DNA of 63,522 nucleotides, the filler included, from Basidiobolus meristosporus CBS 931.73 (taxonomy: Eukaryota > Fungi > Basidiobolomycota): assembly GCA_002104905.1 (NCBI GenBank). It is 3 parts of 3 records of this genome, joined end to end, with 100 filler letters (N's around TTAATTAATTAA, not from the genome) between each part and the next. Parts side by side here need not be neighbours in the genome. Positions count along the whole stretch, not along the records: positions 35,851 to 63,522 come from MCFE01000899.1; 2 more parts are not named here. One strand, 5' to 3'. Position numbers and translations under genes: made by a program. A model generated the notes under the pieces. That model was not told where the DNA came from. It did not search any database and saw only the letters and a list, made by a program, of their open reading frames with translations. Numbering within the stretch: position 1 is the first letter of the stretch; each line of letters begins with the position of its first letter. Of the stretch, positions 36,403 through 49,707 are shown one piece after another.

Positions 36403-36749
36403 TTGGGGCTCATAACCTGCTGAAATATTACACAGATGTATTAGAAGTGAAATGGAGAATAAGAAGACACCTATAATATTCATTGGTAGATTTATTGAGT
36501 TGCAACATAATACTTATACTCATTGCAAGACTACATACATTTAGCTATTTACTTGTTATTGGGAGAATCTTGGGAGTACATATGCCAAGTTTAAGACTTT
36601 TGTAAAAGTCTTCACATAACTAATTTCCTACAGTTAGCAAATATCCTACAATCTAATTTTAGGTTAACATTCTGAAATATGTCATTTAACTAAATGCTCA
36701 TTCATAGCAATTTATTAATTAGGTGGACTTCTAATGATTTTAGCAAACA
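36403..36749 (-). mobile_element. LTR + PBS of a third Copia-like family (C), degenerate
   Basis: GGTTATGAGCCCCAA PBS abutting a TG-ended ~332-bp segment unlike LTR A or B. Confidence 0.5.
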
Positions 36750-37104
36750 TGCTATGATATGAACTTGAATGCTTAAATCAGATCAGTTTGTGGTCAATTC
36801 AATTAAATTTAAGCTTAGTCTATCATTATGTGGTGTTAACTTTTAAGGCAATTGCATTTTTAGCAAATGAATTAGCAGATTTTATCAAACAGAAGTAGAT
36901 TCAATGAGCAGTATCTGATTGGGTGATGATGATGCAATCAATTGAGTCATCAGCCACCACTTACATTAGGAAATATACTTAGCCAGCACTTGATCTTGCC
37001 AAATGTATATGCAGCTGTAAGAGCCCCACTGAAGAGTGGTTCAAGTTTTAGCCAATACAACAGTTGAAAAATTCCCTTTTCTTCTGCAGTCCAGATATTC
37101 AACA
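36750..37104 (+). mobile_element. Diverged solo LTR of the Gypsy family seen at 17009
   Basis: Colinear similarity to 17009-17376 (e.g. GAGTCATCAGCCAC..TACATTAGGAAATA). Confidence 0.75.
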
Positions 37105-37530
37105 CCAGTGACAAGCAAATCAATCTATACAGTATTGAATGCAGATAGCTTTCCAGATAGGACAGCAATTGAGCCTCAATACAAGCAAGACAGTCATCAA
37201 AGTTTTACTTTGAAGCCATTGGATTGGTGGCGGATTCCATTTGATGACAATACTTGACCATTAGGATTTGCTGTTGTAGTACTTGTATAGTGAAAATCCC
37301 ATAGATACTAGGGCAAAGGTATAACCCTACATACTTCCAAAGTAACGCATGCTTACTAGGTATTTTCAATATTTGCCATCAGTTATCTTGGATATTTGTG
37401 TGCTTGATTGATAGTGAGTGTAGTACTTTACAGCTTCACAATGCTTCTTGGGCTGCATGAGCTACTTTTACAGAGGCAATGCTGGAATATACCAAGAATA
37501 TAGACTATGCATTGCTCCAATGATGGTGAA
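37105..37530 (-). mobile_element. CACTA transposase relic 2, left part
   Basis: Nucleotide similarity to about 16300-16650 (GATGGCAAA..TACCTTTGCC..CCGCCACCAATC). Confidence 0.7.
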
Positions 37531-40500
37531 TGTTGCAATTTAAGAAGTGATTTGGATACAAGGAACTTATCAAGAAATAGTGATGATAGTGAACTGTTGT
37601 TAATTCATAAAGAAGCTCAGTATTTATACCTTTGTAGAAGTAATACAGCTGTAACACTAAGTAGGGAGGGTTTCTCAATACTCAGGAGAATTCTGTAACA
37701 GTTTCAGGGTTAGTACATAATGTTTGGTAATAGTGCTGATTTGATCCTGACTATAGGGGAATAATCATGAGATCATATATCTGGAGAAAGTGGTGAAGTT
37801 AAGGCAGTAAATGAGTCCTACAGTGACTAAAACTAGTCTAGAGTTGTTAAGTAAACTTTTAGTTGCTGAATGATACCATATAGTCCAATATTTCAACACT
37901 CCCCCTCAACTTAATAATTTCTTAATCCCAATATCTCTCTAAGGATCTCAAACTGTGGCCTAGCTAGTGGTTTTGTCAATATGTCTGCCACCATTTTGTC
38001 AGTTGGGCAGTAAACTAACTCCACTAAGTTATTTTCTACAGCTTCCCTCACAAAGTGATGCTGTATATCAATGTGCTTAGTTCTGGCATGATTAGTAGGA
38101 TTTCTAGCTAATGAATTACAACTTTGATTATCCTTGTAACTACATGTTGGTTCACCTGAATTAAAACCTAAGTCTTTGAATAATTTTTGTAGCCATATAG
38201 CCTCCTTAGTTGCTTGGCATGCAGCCATATATTTGGCTTCAGTTGTAGATAGTGCCACAGTTGGTTGTTTCTTGCAATTCCAAGTAATAGCTGCACCAGC
38301 ATAAAGATATACATAGCCTGTGGTAGAGCATCTGTCATTCAGATCCCTGCCCCAATCTGAATTACTATAACCATCAAATTTTTGCCTATTAGCTGCTCCA
38401 GAGTATTCCAGTACCATATTTATGATACCTTGTAGATATCTGAAAATCCGCTTAACTGCTGCAATTTGATCTGATCCATTATTCTGCATCAATTAACTGA
38501 CTATTCCAACTGCTACTGCAATATCTGGACATGTAGACACCATCAAGTACATTAGGCTATCAACCATTGATTGGTAGGGAAAGTTTTGGTCCATATTTGA
38601 GCCATTTTCATCTATAACTGGCTGAGATTTGCTTAATTTCAGGCTATTGTCCATAAGGGTTGCTGCAGGTTTGTAATTTTCCATTTTGAAGCGTCTAAGA
38701 ATGTCCCTGATGTACTTAGACTGATTCAGCACAATTTTCTGCGTAGGTATGTCAAATTTGACCTCAATTCCAAGAAAATAGCTCAATTTTCCAAGATCTT
38801 TCATCTCAAACTTGTTGAAGAGATCTGATTTTGTCTGTTTAAGTGCCTCTTGGTCACTTGTAGCTATAATAGGTTGTCCACATAGAGAACTAGGATGATC
38901 ACACCCTTTTTGAGCTGTTTCACATATATGCTGTGATCTGCAGTGCTACAAGAGAACCCAATTTCCTCTAGATATGTGTCAATCTTGTTATACCATGCTC
39001 TGGGTGCCTGCTTAAGCCCATACAACAATTTTCTAAGTTTGCACACCTTATGGGGGCCTTTTGGATTGGTAAGACCTTCTGGTTGCTCCATATATATAGT
39101 TTCTTGCAAATCCCCATTTAGAAAGGCTGTTTTGACGTCCATTTGGTGTAGATCTAGACTGTGTACAGCTGCCAGGGCTAGAACTGTCCTAATAGAGTTG
39201 AACTTGGCAACCGGACCAAATGTTTCCTTAAAGCCTAGTCCCTGGATCTGGGAATAGCCTTTGGCTACCAATCTAGCCTTGTACTTATCAATGGCACCAT
39301 TTGAGGTTATCTTGATCTTGTAGACCTATCTACATCCTATTGGCTTTCTCCCATTTGGTAAATCTACCAGTTCCCACATTTTTGCGTTGACCAGTGATTT
39401 GTACTCTGCCTGCATGGCTTGTTGCCATTTAGTAGCATCTGGACTTTGCATTGCCTGTTCCAGACTCTGAGGTTTGGCATATAAGGCAAGATAAGCTTCT
39501 TCATGATCATTGGATGTCTGCCGCCAGGATCCAGGGGCATTTCTTATCCTAGTAGATCTCCTAACTGTGATAATATGTTCTGATCTGGAACTGGTAGAAG
39601 CATCTTCCATATCTGGCTGGATTTGGTACGTATGTTGTTCATTGGTGTTGATTGCACCATCAGGCAGCTGACCAATGATTTCTGTGGTTTTCTGATCTGA
39701 ATTCTCCTCAAATGCAACATCCCTGCTCTTGATCAGCTTCTGAATTTTGCCATCATACACTCTATACCCTTTAGTATCTTCACAATACCCAAGAAAGATC
39801 CCTTTCCTACTCTTTGGTTCCAACTTTGAGCGTTTTTTGTCAGGGATGTGATAAAAAACATCACTGCCAAAGATCTTGAGATGCTGGAGATCTGGTTTTT
39901 TGCCTGTATATGCTTCAAAGGGCGTAGAATCATGTAGTGCTGTTGTTGGGCATCTGTTCTTGATGTATACAGCAGTAGCAACAGATTCAGCCCGACACTT
40001 GTAGTCCATTCCATTATCATGTAGCATAGATCTTCCCATCTCTACTGTTGTTCTATTCGCACGTTCTGCTACTCCATTTTGCTGTGGAGTATAAGGAACT
40101 GTGGTCTGTTGAAGTATACTAGTAGACAAGCAGTATTTTGCAAACTCCTTTGAGCAGTATTCCCCTCCATTGTCACTTTGTAGTACCTTCAATCTACACC
40201 CAGCTTGTGTTTCTGCCATGTTCTTGAAGTGCTTAAACGTCTCTAAAGCTTCATCCTTTGTTATGAGGAAGTACACCCAAGTATATCTTGTCTTGTCATC
40301 AATAAATGTCATAAAGTATATCTTGACTCCAAAGGACAGTGTTCTCATGGGGCCACATATGTCTGAGTGTACAATAGCCAATATTTTGGTGGCATTGATG
40401 CCTTCTGAAATCTTGAAACGTTGCCTAGCTTGTTTGCCAGATGAACATCCCTTACAAACATTCAATTTGATTGGAATTGAGTATTTTAGGTCCAAAACAA

Positions 40501-42213
40501 GCTGATTTTTTACCAATTGGCTCATTTTCTGTTCCCCAATGTGTCCTAGCCTCCTATGCCATGTCTTCCAGTTGGTTTCATCAGTTTCAGCAATGTTGAC
40601 ATACTCAGGTACAATGATCTTGCATTGTAACTTCTATATATTGTGATCTCTGATTTCCAAAGCTAATCTTTGTCCATTTTCACTCAATATTGGGCAGCTT
40701 AGCTTAGTAAAAACAAATTTCAGTCCCTGAGTAGTTGCTTTACTGACTGAGAGTAGGTTCTTAGCTATTCTAGGTATATAGAGTACGTCAGTCAGTTTTG
40801 CTGTTGTTGCCCCTGAGTTATCACTTATATTTAGTTGTATAGACCCACTGGCGGTAGCTTTCAATGCAGAGTTATCTCCCAGATAAACCTTTCTTACAGG
40901 AATAGTCTTTAAGTTGCTGAACCAATCATTTATACCACAAATATGCTGTGATGCTCCAGAGTCAATATACCATTCATTACTTTGGTTACTTGCACTCTCT
41001 TGTACAGTTACAAATAACTGTTCATCAGTAGTTATATGGTTTGCCTGCTCTAGTTTCTGTTTTTTGTCTGCTTGTTTTTTCTTGCATTCTCTTGCCCAGT
41101 GTCCTGGCTTTTTACTGTAGTCATAGCAGCCAGGTTTTCTTTGGTTTTGTTGCTTTCCCTTCTTTTCTGTGTGCCTTTCTGAACTGAATAAAGCGTTATC
41201 TTCAATTTTCTCTGCTTGATCATTACGTCTGAGTTCTTCATGGAGAAGTCTGCCTTTGACATAGTCTAAAGTCAAGTTGTCTACTTTGCTTTCAAAGGAA
41301 AGTATGAGTGGCTCATACTTGTCTGGTAGGCTGCAAAGCAGACAGAGTATCTTTTCTTCATTGTCTACACCAGCATTAATACTATGAAGCTCTTATGCAA
41401 GTGTCTCCATTCTGGTAATGAGTTGTAGCATGTCATCATCTGGCTTCTTCCTCATGTTGAAGAACTTTTGTTTCAAATAAAGCTTGCTTGATACTGACTT
41501 TGCTCTAAATATCTTCTCTAAGGATTCCCATGCTGCTTTGGCAGTATTTGAGGCATGGATTTGTCCAATGAAGGAGTCTTGCACATTGATGCAAATGGCA
41601 TTAAAGGCCTTTCTCTCCTTCTCTTGAAACTACTCCACATCTTCTGCTGTTCCTTTGGGCTCAACTTCCTTTCCTGTTACTATGTTCCAAAGCTTTCTTT
41701 CCTCAAGGTGGATCTGCATCTTGATTCTCCAAAGTCTGTAGTTCTTCCCATCAAACCTCTCCTTTACAGGGAAGATGTTGGTGTTTCTTTGTTTGCTGAT
41801 AGAAGTCATCTTTAAAATAGATCAAGGCAATTGGGGCTCATAACCTGTTGCAATTTAAGAAGTGATTTGGATATAAGGAACTTATCAAGAAATAGTGATA
41901 ATAGTAAACTGTTGTTAATTCATAAAGAAGCTCAGTATTTATACCTTTGTAGAAGTAATACAGCTGTAACACTAAGTAGGGAGGGTTTCTCAATACTCAG
42001 GAGAATTCTGTAACAGTTTCAGGGTTAGTACATAATGTTTGGTAATAGTGCTGATTTGATCCTGACTATAGGGGAATAATCATGAGATCATATATCTGGA
42101 CAAAGTGGTGAAGTTAAGGCAGTAAATGAGTCCTACAGTGACTAAAACTAGTCTAGAGTTGTTAAGTAAGCTTTTAGCTGCTGAATGATATCAAATAGTC
42201 CAATATTTCAACA
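37531..42213 (-). mobile_element. Full-length Copia family B element, degenerate ORF (LTRs 37531-37898 and 41846-42213)
   Basis: Perfect 5-bp TSD GTGAA; 368-bp LTRs differing at 8 sites; PBS GGTTATGAGCCCC; PPT GAGGGGGAG; gag-PR(DSGA)-IN-RT(YVDNL)-RH broken by frameshifts. Confidence 0.96.
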
Positions 42214-42570
42214 GTGAATTCCTGACAAGTTGTGCATATTACATTGGTAACATTCTTTGATGTCAATGCCATGATACTAGCAATGCATGCTCTTATTTCA
42301 ACAGTCTTTGGGTCTTAAATGGCCAGCTGCGTGCTAAAAGTCCTTTTGTTTGGTATGGACTGTATGGCACCTCCTGAAGTAGCCTTTGCTAGAAAAAGTA
42401 TTAGATCTCCGAAGCCAAACAGCTGAAATTGATGGCAACATGCTACTTATTTGGTGAACTCAGCATATCTTTCAGCAGTTCAAGGATTACTGGGCTTACT
42501 TGGCTCTATAAAGCATCCTTGGCATTTTTCCCATTGTTGCTTCCGCATCATAAACTACAATCTTGCTAGT
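42214..42570 (-). mobile_element. CACTA relic 2, right part (resumes after Copia B)
   Basis: Matches about 16670-17000 (CAAGTTG.GCA..TT.CATTGGT.ACATT; GGATT.CTGGGCT.ACTTG.CTCT.TAAAG). Confidence 0.7.
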
Positions 42571-45188
42571 CTCATGCAATCTGCTAATGTTGTGGGAGGT
42601 AGGCTCTAGATCCTTCAGTGAGCTATCTTTTTGGGGCTACTATTATGTGTGCCATACTGGAAATACCAAACTGAGTCAGATGGCTTTGACTATGCTTCTT
42701 ACTCCATTTGTACAAGATAGCAAGTGTGACTAGGTGCAGTATTAGCAACATCAGGTTGTCAGCAAGTTCCAATATGGGTATGGTGGTGACTGATCAGTGC
42801 TTAGATATGACTTGTTGAACAAATCAACAGCCATGATCTTTGTAATAATTCCTGTACTCTCTGCATGCCCATAACTGAAAGGCTTGTTACAGTCACCAAC
42901 TAATCATTTTTCACTTTTTTAGCAGTGAGCAAAGTAGTTGGATCCATAGGGCACGCAGCTTAGCATATAGCAATGTAACACTTTATATCACATTCTGCCA
43001 ACATTAGTACAAGCAAAAGACTGGGTTGTTAATAATGCACTGGGCCTGTATGAGCTTAAGGTCAAGTGTTGTCTTACCATGGTAAACATGATGGATTCAG
43101 TTGTGGCATCCTATTCACTTGTGATTTTGGCATTACATCCCATTCAGTTTAGCACACTTCCTTATATATGACACAAAAATGTAGAGCCAGGCTATCTGGA
43201 ATCAACCAGCAGTGTAATGATTATCCATTTATGCCTTCTGCTTGGCTAGTTGCTACCCAGGATGATTTGGAGCAAAGCACCAGTAAATTTTAATAGCCCT
43301 CATTATTGCTATTGGTGAAAGCATGCCATGGCTTTAGCCCAATCTTTGCATTACTTACAAGTCAGTGAAATACTGGGCATGCTTAGCCCCACTATGTATA
43401 TTTGGAAGTTTTGCCATGTCTGTTTTTGCATTGCATATTAGGATTTTGATTAATCCTCTGCTAGTTTTCTCATGTTCATGCCAGCAGAGTTGCAAGCTGA
43501 CCATATTGCTGAGGCAGATGAGAATGTAGCAAAAGCAGTACCTTCAGTTGAAGACCAGCAAGGGGCTGTCCTAACATCACCACCACCTCTGTTAGCACAA
43601 ATGATTTCAGCTAATACCAAAGTATTAATGAGGCAAATAGGTGCAGTGACTGACTGGATAGATGCCATGGTCCAGAGAAATCAGGAAATTGTCCAGAAAC
43701 AGAATGAGCAGATAAAAGTTGTTGAGCAATCATTATCCTAGGTAGAGAAAGCAGTATCTTTGCTTCAAAGAAGGAACTCAAGTAACTCAATGTCATAAAC
43801 AAGATTTGAGCCATTTCCCATTGTAGCAGCAGAGGAATACTGTGCAGTCTTTAAAGTGCAACATCAGTGCCCAAAGATAAAGCCTACAGACACACCTATC
43901 ACAGCATAGGAAGGAGAAAATGTAGTGTTTAGATCAAAGCCTAGAAATCAAAAGACATTGAAGATCTTTGAAATCATTGAGTGCAATGTTGAAGTGTGGG
44001 CTATTATTCAATAGACTGTTGGAAGTCTAGCATGCCAACACCTCAAGGCCTGCACACCATGAGGCCATCAGGAACTCAAGGCCAAGTAGAATGCACCTAA
44101 CTTGTTCCATGAGCATTGTGCTGGATTCAAACAAGCTAACAGATTATGGGCCTGCATTGGTATGCTAAGAAAGTATCTCAATAATAGCAGAAGCTATCAT
44201 AGGCAGATGAACAAGAGTGCAATGTTGAAAAACCAGTGGCTTCATCAAGAGCCTGTTACAAGCATGGTCAACAGCTCCAAGCAGGCATCAAAGAGGCCTC
44301 AGGTAGCTAGAGGAGTGCCAATAAGGGAAAAGCAGCCAGACACAGAAGCACCAGCACAACATTTGCAAAGGAAAAGTGTAAATCTTCTCAAGAAAAACTC
44401 AGTTAAAGTAGCAATGAAGGACCTGGCAATGATAAAACAAGAAGCTACCTCAGAAGCATGTCTTGGCATGGGCTAAAGGCCTGAAACTAGCAGGAAAGAA
44501 GTGTCAGGTTACCTACAGAGTGAACAAGGGACAAGCAGGCCAAACAAATGCATCAGAGCGGCATTTATCAAGCAGAGAACATAGTTGAATACAAGAAGCA
44601 GGCAGACAAAGTAATAGTGAAAGACCTGGCAGTGATAATTGAAAAGGTCAAGGGGAAAAAGTCTACCCAAGCCAGAGACAGGGAAGCATGAGAAAAAAGC
44701 TGCAGTTCTTTCTAATCAATGCTGTGAGCCTGGAACATACTGAATCCTATCATATCCAAGAAGAATAACCAACAAGAAAACCGCTGTTTTTGCAAGAGTT
44801 GGAAGTGCAGCCAGTTGAGCTACACTCCAGTGAGGTAGATAAATCTGCAGAAAAGGCACTCTGTTCACCACAGCCTCTACATCCTCCATTGTTGACAGAA
44901 TAGAGACCACACTTACACACAAAGTAGCAATATAAAGAACTCAAAAGGCTATCACAATACTTTCAGTGAAATTTGGAACATTCAAAGGCACACCAAGAGG
45001 TTGCAGCACTTCTTTGTGAGCAGTGCTCAAAAAAACGCACTTGAACATTGCAGGGACTTAGTGCAAAGACTGATAGATGAGGAGCTAGACCTTGCAGTAC
45101 CTGCTGAAGACCAGGACACATGGGAACCAGGGAATGAAAAGTGGCATAAAGCTGTAGGGCTCCCTCCAAAGTAATGGAAATAGAGTGT

Positions 45189-46005
45189 TGCGGTAGTGTA
45201 TAAGTCCACAGGAGAGATATGTCAAACCCTTCTTAAGTGCTTGGTGTTGGGTGTTTGCTGGGTGTGATAGCAAAAGCTTGCTAGGAATACTTGGGTTTTG
45301 TCTCTGCTCTAAGGTGAAGGGGAATAAAGCCACAAGCTTGTCAAAGGAAAGCTATTGAGCTACAATCCCCAGCTTAGCTAGCATCTTAACAAAAGTATGT
45401 GATGGGTTCTGCATCCTTTGAGATGACAATGTACTAAAACTTCCAAAGTCAAAACTACTGTAAGCTCAACCAGCAGCAACTTAATAGGAATGCAGCTGTG
45501 GTCAATAGTTACAAAGACAGAAAAACATCTTTGCCTGTACAACAACAAACTTGGGAAAGAATCAAATATGATAAAGATCCCTACTCTGAGTACTCCTCAC
45601 AAGTAGTGCCTCCATGGCCAGTTGGCTGTCAGGATGATTTCCTGGGAGTCTCCTGTGGTCTGGAATTGGAAGTTAAGGTAGCAGCAGGTAGCAGTGATCA
45701 CACTAATTAACAAGTTGGTATAATGATAAAAGGGATGATGATTTATTGTTGAGGGATTGCCTCACTTATACATATTTCTCACTGGCTAGGTGATTAATCA
45801 TGCTGCTCCAAAAGGTTCAACAGGTCAAATAGAAATCTTGATGACATCAGCATGAGCTAAGAATGTTCAAGTAGGTGGCAGAAGGTTTTAAGAGGCAAAG
45901 CACACCAAACCAATCAGGAATCCGTATTCTGAGGCCTGTGTAACATGAGGATACCATATAGAGTACAAAAGTAGCAGGGATAGCAACACAATGTGGTCAT
46001 GTGTC
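45189..46005 (-). mobile_element. Partial long LTR, family D
   Basis: Reverse complement of most of 49708-50771. Confidence 0.75.
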
Positions 46006-46009
46006 TTTA

Positions 46010-48190
46010 GTAGAATTTCAAATTTTCACAACATTTTAGGGCCTCTCATTTAGTCTGGGGCCCATTAATATGGACTAATCAGGCATAGACTAAGTTTGCA
46101 CCCTCATTGATAAAGTAACTTGAGCTATTACTGATCTGATTGAATATTCTGGCTTGTAGCAATTATCTCTGCCCAAAAATCTTGAGATATTATAGCTCAT
46201 GGATCAAGAATCTTGCAATATCATTTGTTGATCTGTCTGCATGTTCTGCAGCTCCATTTATTGGTGGAAAGTACAGTACTGTTGTCTCTTGCTTTATCCC
46301 ATGAATTTTGCAAAAGTGGATGAAGAGTTTTGAGATATATTGCCCACCATTTTCTGAGCATATTTTCCAAAATTTTCACCAGTTTCCCTCTCCACCATGG
46401 CTTAAAGCTCCCTGAGCATAAACAGAGTTTTTTCCTTTTATTCAATGAAGTAAACCCGTATATATCTTGTGCTTTTATTAGTAAAAGGGATTAAATACTT
46501 CATCCTGACTCAGGATATATTTTGCATATATCTGTATAGATCTGATTGAATTGTGTGAGTACTGTGTAGTAGCCACTCTTTGCCAAGAGCTCCCCTAGAG
46601 TCCTACCCAGTGTCTCCCCAGTATCCTCTCTATGGGTCCCTCATAAGTCCTTCCTTCTATTCGTGTCCTCACCTAATTAGATCACTTACTATAACAGGAA
46701 GGTACCCCTATTTCATAACACATTTTCTATCACTTAAGCCTCTATCAGTGAGATATATATATAGCCAATTGTGACAAGTTGAAAGAAACATATTTTTCAC
46801 ATAATATAAATGAGTCTTGATTACCTTGCTACCTTGCTACCTTGCTACCTTCTATTGGAAGCTATCCTGAGCCAAGTGGTACTGACTTGGTTACAAGCCC
46901 TCTCAGCTACCAACTACAATCAGTAATTATCACAAATTGGATCTAATTTTTGTTAGATTGGACTAGCACAAAGCTAATGAGTGGTTATCAGGCTTGTTTT
47001 CTATATATGCAGGCTTCTCAGTGCTCCAAATTTGCTGGGGGATCAGCTTTTAACCTAGAAACCAACTGACTTTATTATTTGGCTCAAACAATCAAAATTG
47101 TTGTACCTAAACCCAAAGTAAAAAAATAAAGGCCAGCAAGATACCTTTGTAATATCAGCTGAATCTCAAGTTTTGCAATATTGACAATTCTCAATACCTC
47201 TGTTGTTAGCTTATGAGCAAATAAGTAAAAAACTCTCCAGTAGGAGAGTAGGTCAATTACCATCTATATCAAATTTGGTAATTAGCTGCCCATTACTTCC
47301 ATCAAAAAATGCATTTAAAATTCTGGACCAAAAACACCAGCTGAATACCAGCAAAATACCATTTGAATACCAGTAGAATACCAGCTGAAAATCAGATGAA
47401 ATCCAGGTTTGAGTTTTTCATAGGGCAAAGTTCTTGTGCCAATGTGTTGGAGTTTCTTCCTTTAAGTTACTTATGTTGCATTCAGCTTGGGCTGACTTAG
47501 AGCTCTAGTATCCAAAGCAATATGGGCACCATTTTGATTAGAGCACCTGCACCCAGTATTGTAAAAACTGAAACAGAGTCCTTCACCTGTGACCTTTTGA
47601 CTGACAGTAGTTCCTAAACGTTTCTGGTGCAAAGAGTGCATATTTAAAGGTACATGTGTACCTTCCTTCAATACTTCCAAGGGTTACCTGGATAGTACCC
47701 TCTCCAACTGCATTCAGTGGTATGTTGTCACCCATGAAAACCTTCTTAATTGAAATTGATTGATATCAGGTAAAAAATTCTGTTGGGTGTATAAAAACTT
47801 GAGATGCACTAGGGTCAATGTATCACATTTGCAAAGCCTTGTTTGTGGTCATATTGAGTGCAGATATAGGTAATCTAACTTCAGTTATTGCATCATTTCC
47901 ATATGCAGACTTTTTTTGCTAATTTTATCTCCTTCTGAGGCACTGGGCTGATGTGAGTTTATTTCTTTCAGATAGCCGCAAAACAGATTGCTGATGCCTT
48001 TGAAGGAGCCTTAGTACTTCCTGTTTAGTTGCTATTGCTTATCAAAGCATTTTACTGTTCCTTCTTGTTGGCACTTGGTTTTATTGACACTTGATCTAGG
48101 TGCCTTCCATAAGTGAAATTAAGGTCCAATCTTTAGTTCTCAACCATGGGACTGAAACAAGGCCCTGAAGCCTTTCTGTCAGGCTGTTCA
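46010..48190 (-). mobile_element. Old deleted Copia A-lineage gag/PR/IN relic with nested insertions
   Basis: Diverged similarity to A internal sequence, interrupted at 46554 and about 47112. Confidence 0.75.
46554..46934. mobile_element. 381-bp solo-LTR-like insertion (family E)
   Basis: TGTGA...TCACA ends, perfect 5-bp TSD AATTG, host Copia sequence resumes. Confidence 0.8.
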
Positions 48191-49707
48191 GGATCAGTGA
48201 GTCCCAGCAAGGTATTTTGTTGGTATTACTCTTATATTTGTGGTAACCAACTTATGTGCATATTTAGGAAGTTTTGTATATTTTTGCAACATCAATTGAA
48301 GTATTTGAGGACAATTGGCATTGATGTGGAGAATTTGAGAAGTACCATGTTGCCAACTTGTAGATTTATTGATCAAAATTGTGGTATTAATACTGTTGGT
48401 AGAGCAAGACAAAGAAATCTGTAGAGCTTACTAAGGAAGATCCAAAAAGTATATGCACAATATTTGGGTCTTTCCTACAACCCTAAGAGTGATCATAATC
48501 CAGGTACCTGATAATTTAGTGAAACTATTCTAAGTAAATCCCAACAGGAAATTAGGTCAGAACAGAATGCTAATCACAAACTAATATCTATATGACTAAG
48601 TGAACAAGAATATTAAGGCAACAACTCAATAATTACAGCTCTTCCACCAAACAAAATGCTCATAATTATCAAACATATACCAGAATTTATAATCAGTAAT
48701 AAGCATATAAGGTTTGACTGTGCTGCATTCTGTACTAATGTAGTAACAACAGTATATACATTTGTGTTCAACTTTTTTGAGCAGGCAATCTACAATGCAA
48801 AGTGCATATCTATCAAATAGAATGCTTAAGCATTTGCATGATCTGTTATTAGTACTTGGCAGAAACTTTGATCATTTGTATGAGATTGAACAACAAGTTG
48901 AGCTTGATTTTCAGATTGTAATAGTAGTATAGTCTTTAGTCTATGCAATGATCCTTATGTGGGCAATGTTGATTAACATTTGGTCACCTTCAGGGCTTGT
49001 CATATAGAGCACATCTTGAGTTTGTTTGTTTCTGGGTAATAGTCTAGTTCATTACTTTACTGAGTGTGTATATGAAGCTCAGGTCCAGTTACCTCCATCA
49101 TATAGACTCTATACATGGTAAAAATAATGACCTACTTTAGCAAAGTTAAGTTCTTCTCATTTATGCCTGATCTGGAGTTTGCTCATTTCCTGGCACCATG
49201 GCACAAACAGCATGGCAAAGAAGAGATTCCTACATAGCTTTGAACTGAGATGGCTTTCTCCCACCTCAACCATATCTGTTTAGTAATTCATATCCGCAAA
49301 AAATGATCCAGAGAAGTCATCTTTGTTTTTGTCTAGTAGCAACAACTGCTATTAAAATTATTGTGATGATCCCATCAAAAGGCCATCACAAATTCAAGTC
49401 CCATGACTAAGAAGTATTAATCCCATCAGGACACTGTGCTAAGACTGTCAAAAAAATAATTTTACCCCAGATATTATCAAAAACTTGGTCAAAATATTTC
49501 ATCTCAACAATGCAAATGTGGCTTTTGATTGGTTCTCTGCCAGTTTCCTCACTTTCTTGTCCCAGACACTCTATCAACTCCTACATTTGTGGGCATTGAT
49601 TGGCTATTGCCTTGTACTCACACTCCTTACTACCTGACTCAACTGTTTCTCTTACTTTTTATGCATACAAATTGAATAACTCTGTTGAAACTTAGCTGTA
49701 ACACTGT

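Noticed and set aside
42330-42375. Integrase-like peptide EVPYSPYQTKG on the minus strand
   Set aside because: The DNA aligns with CACTA relic 1, so the resemblance is probably chance.
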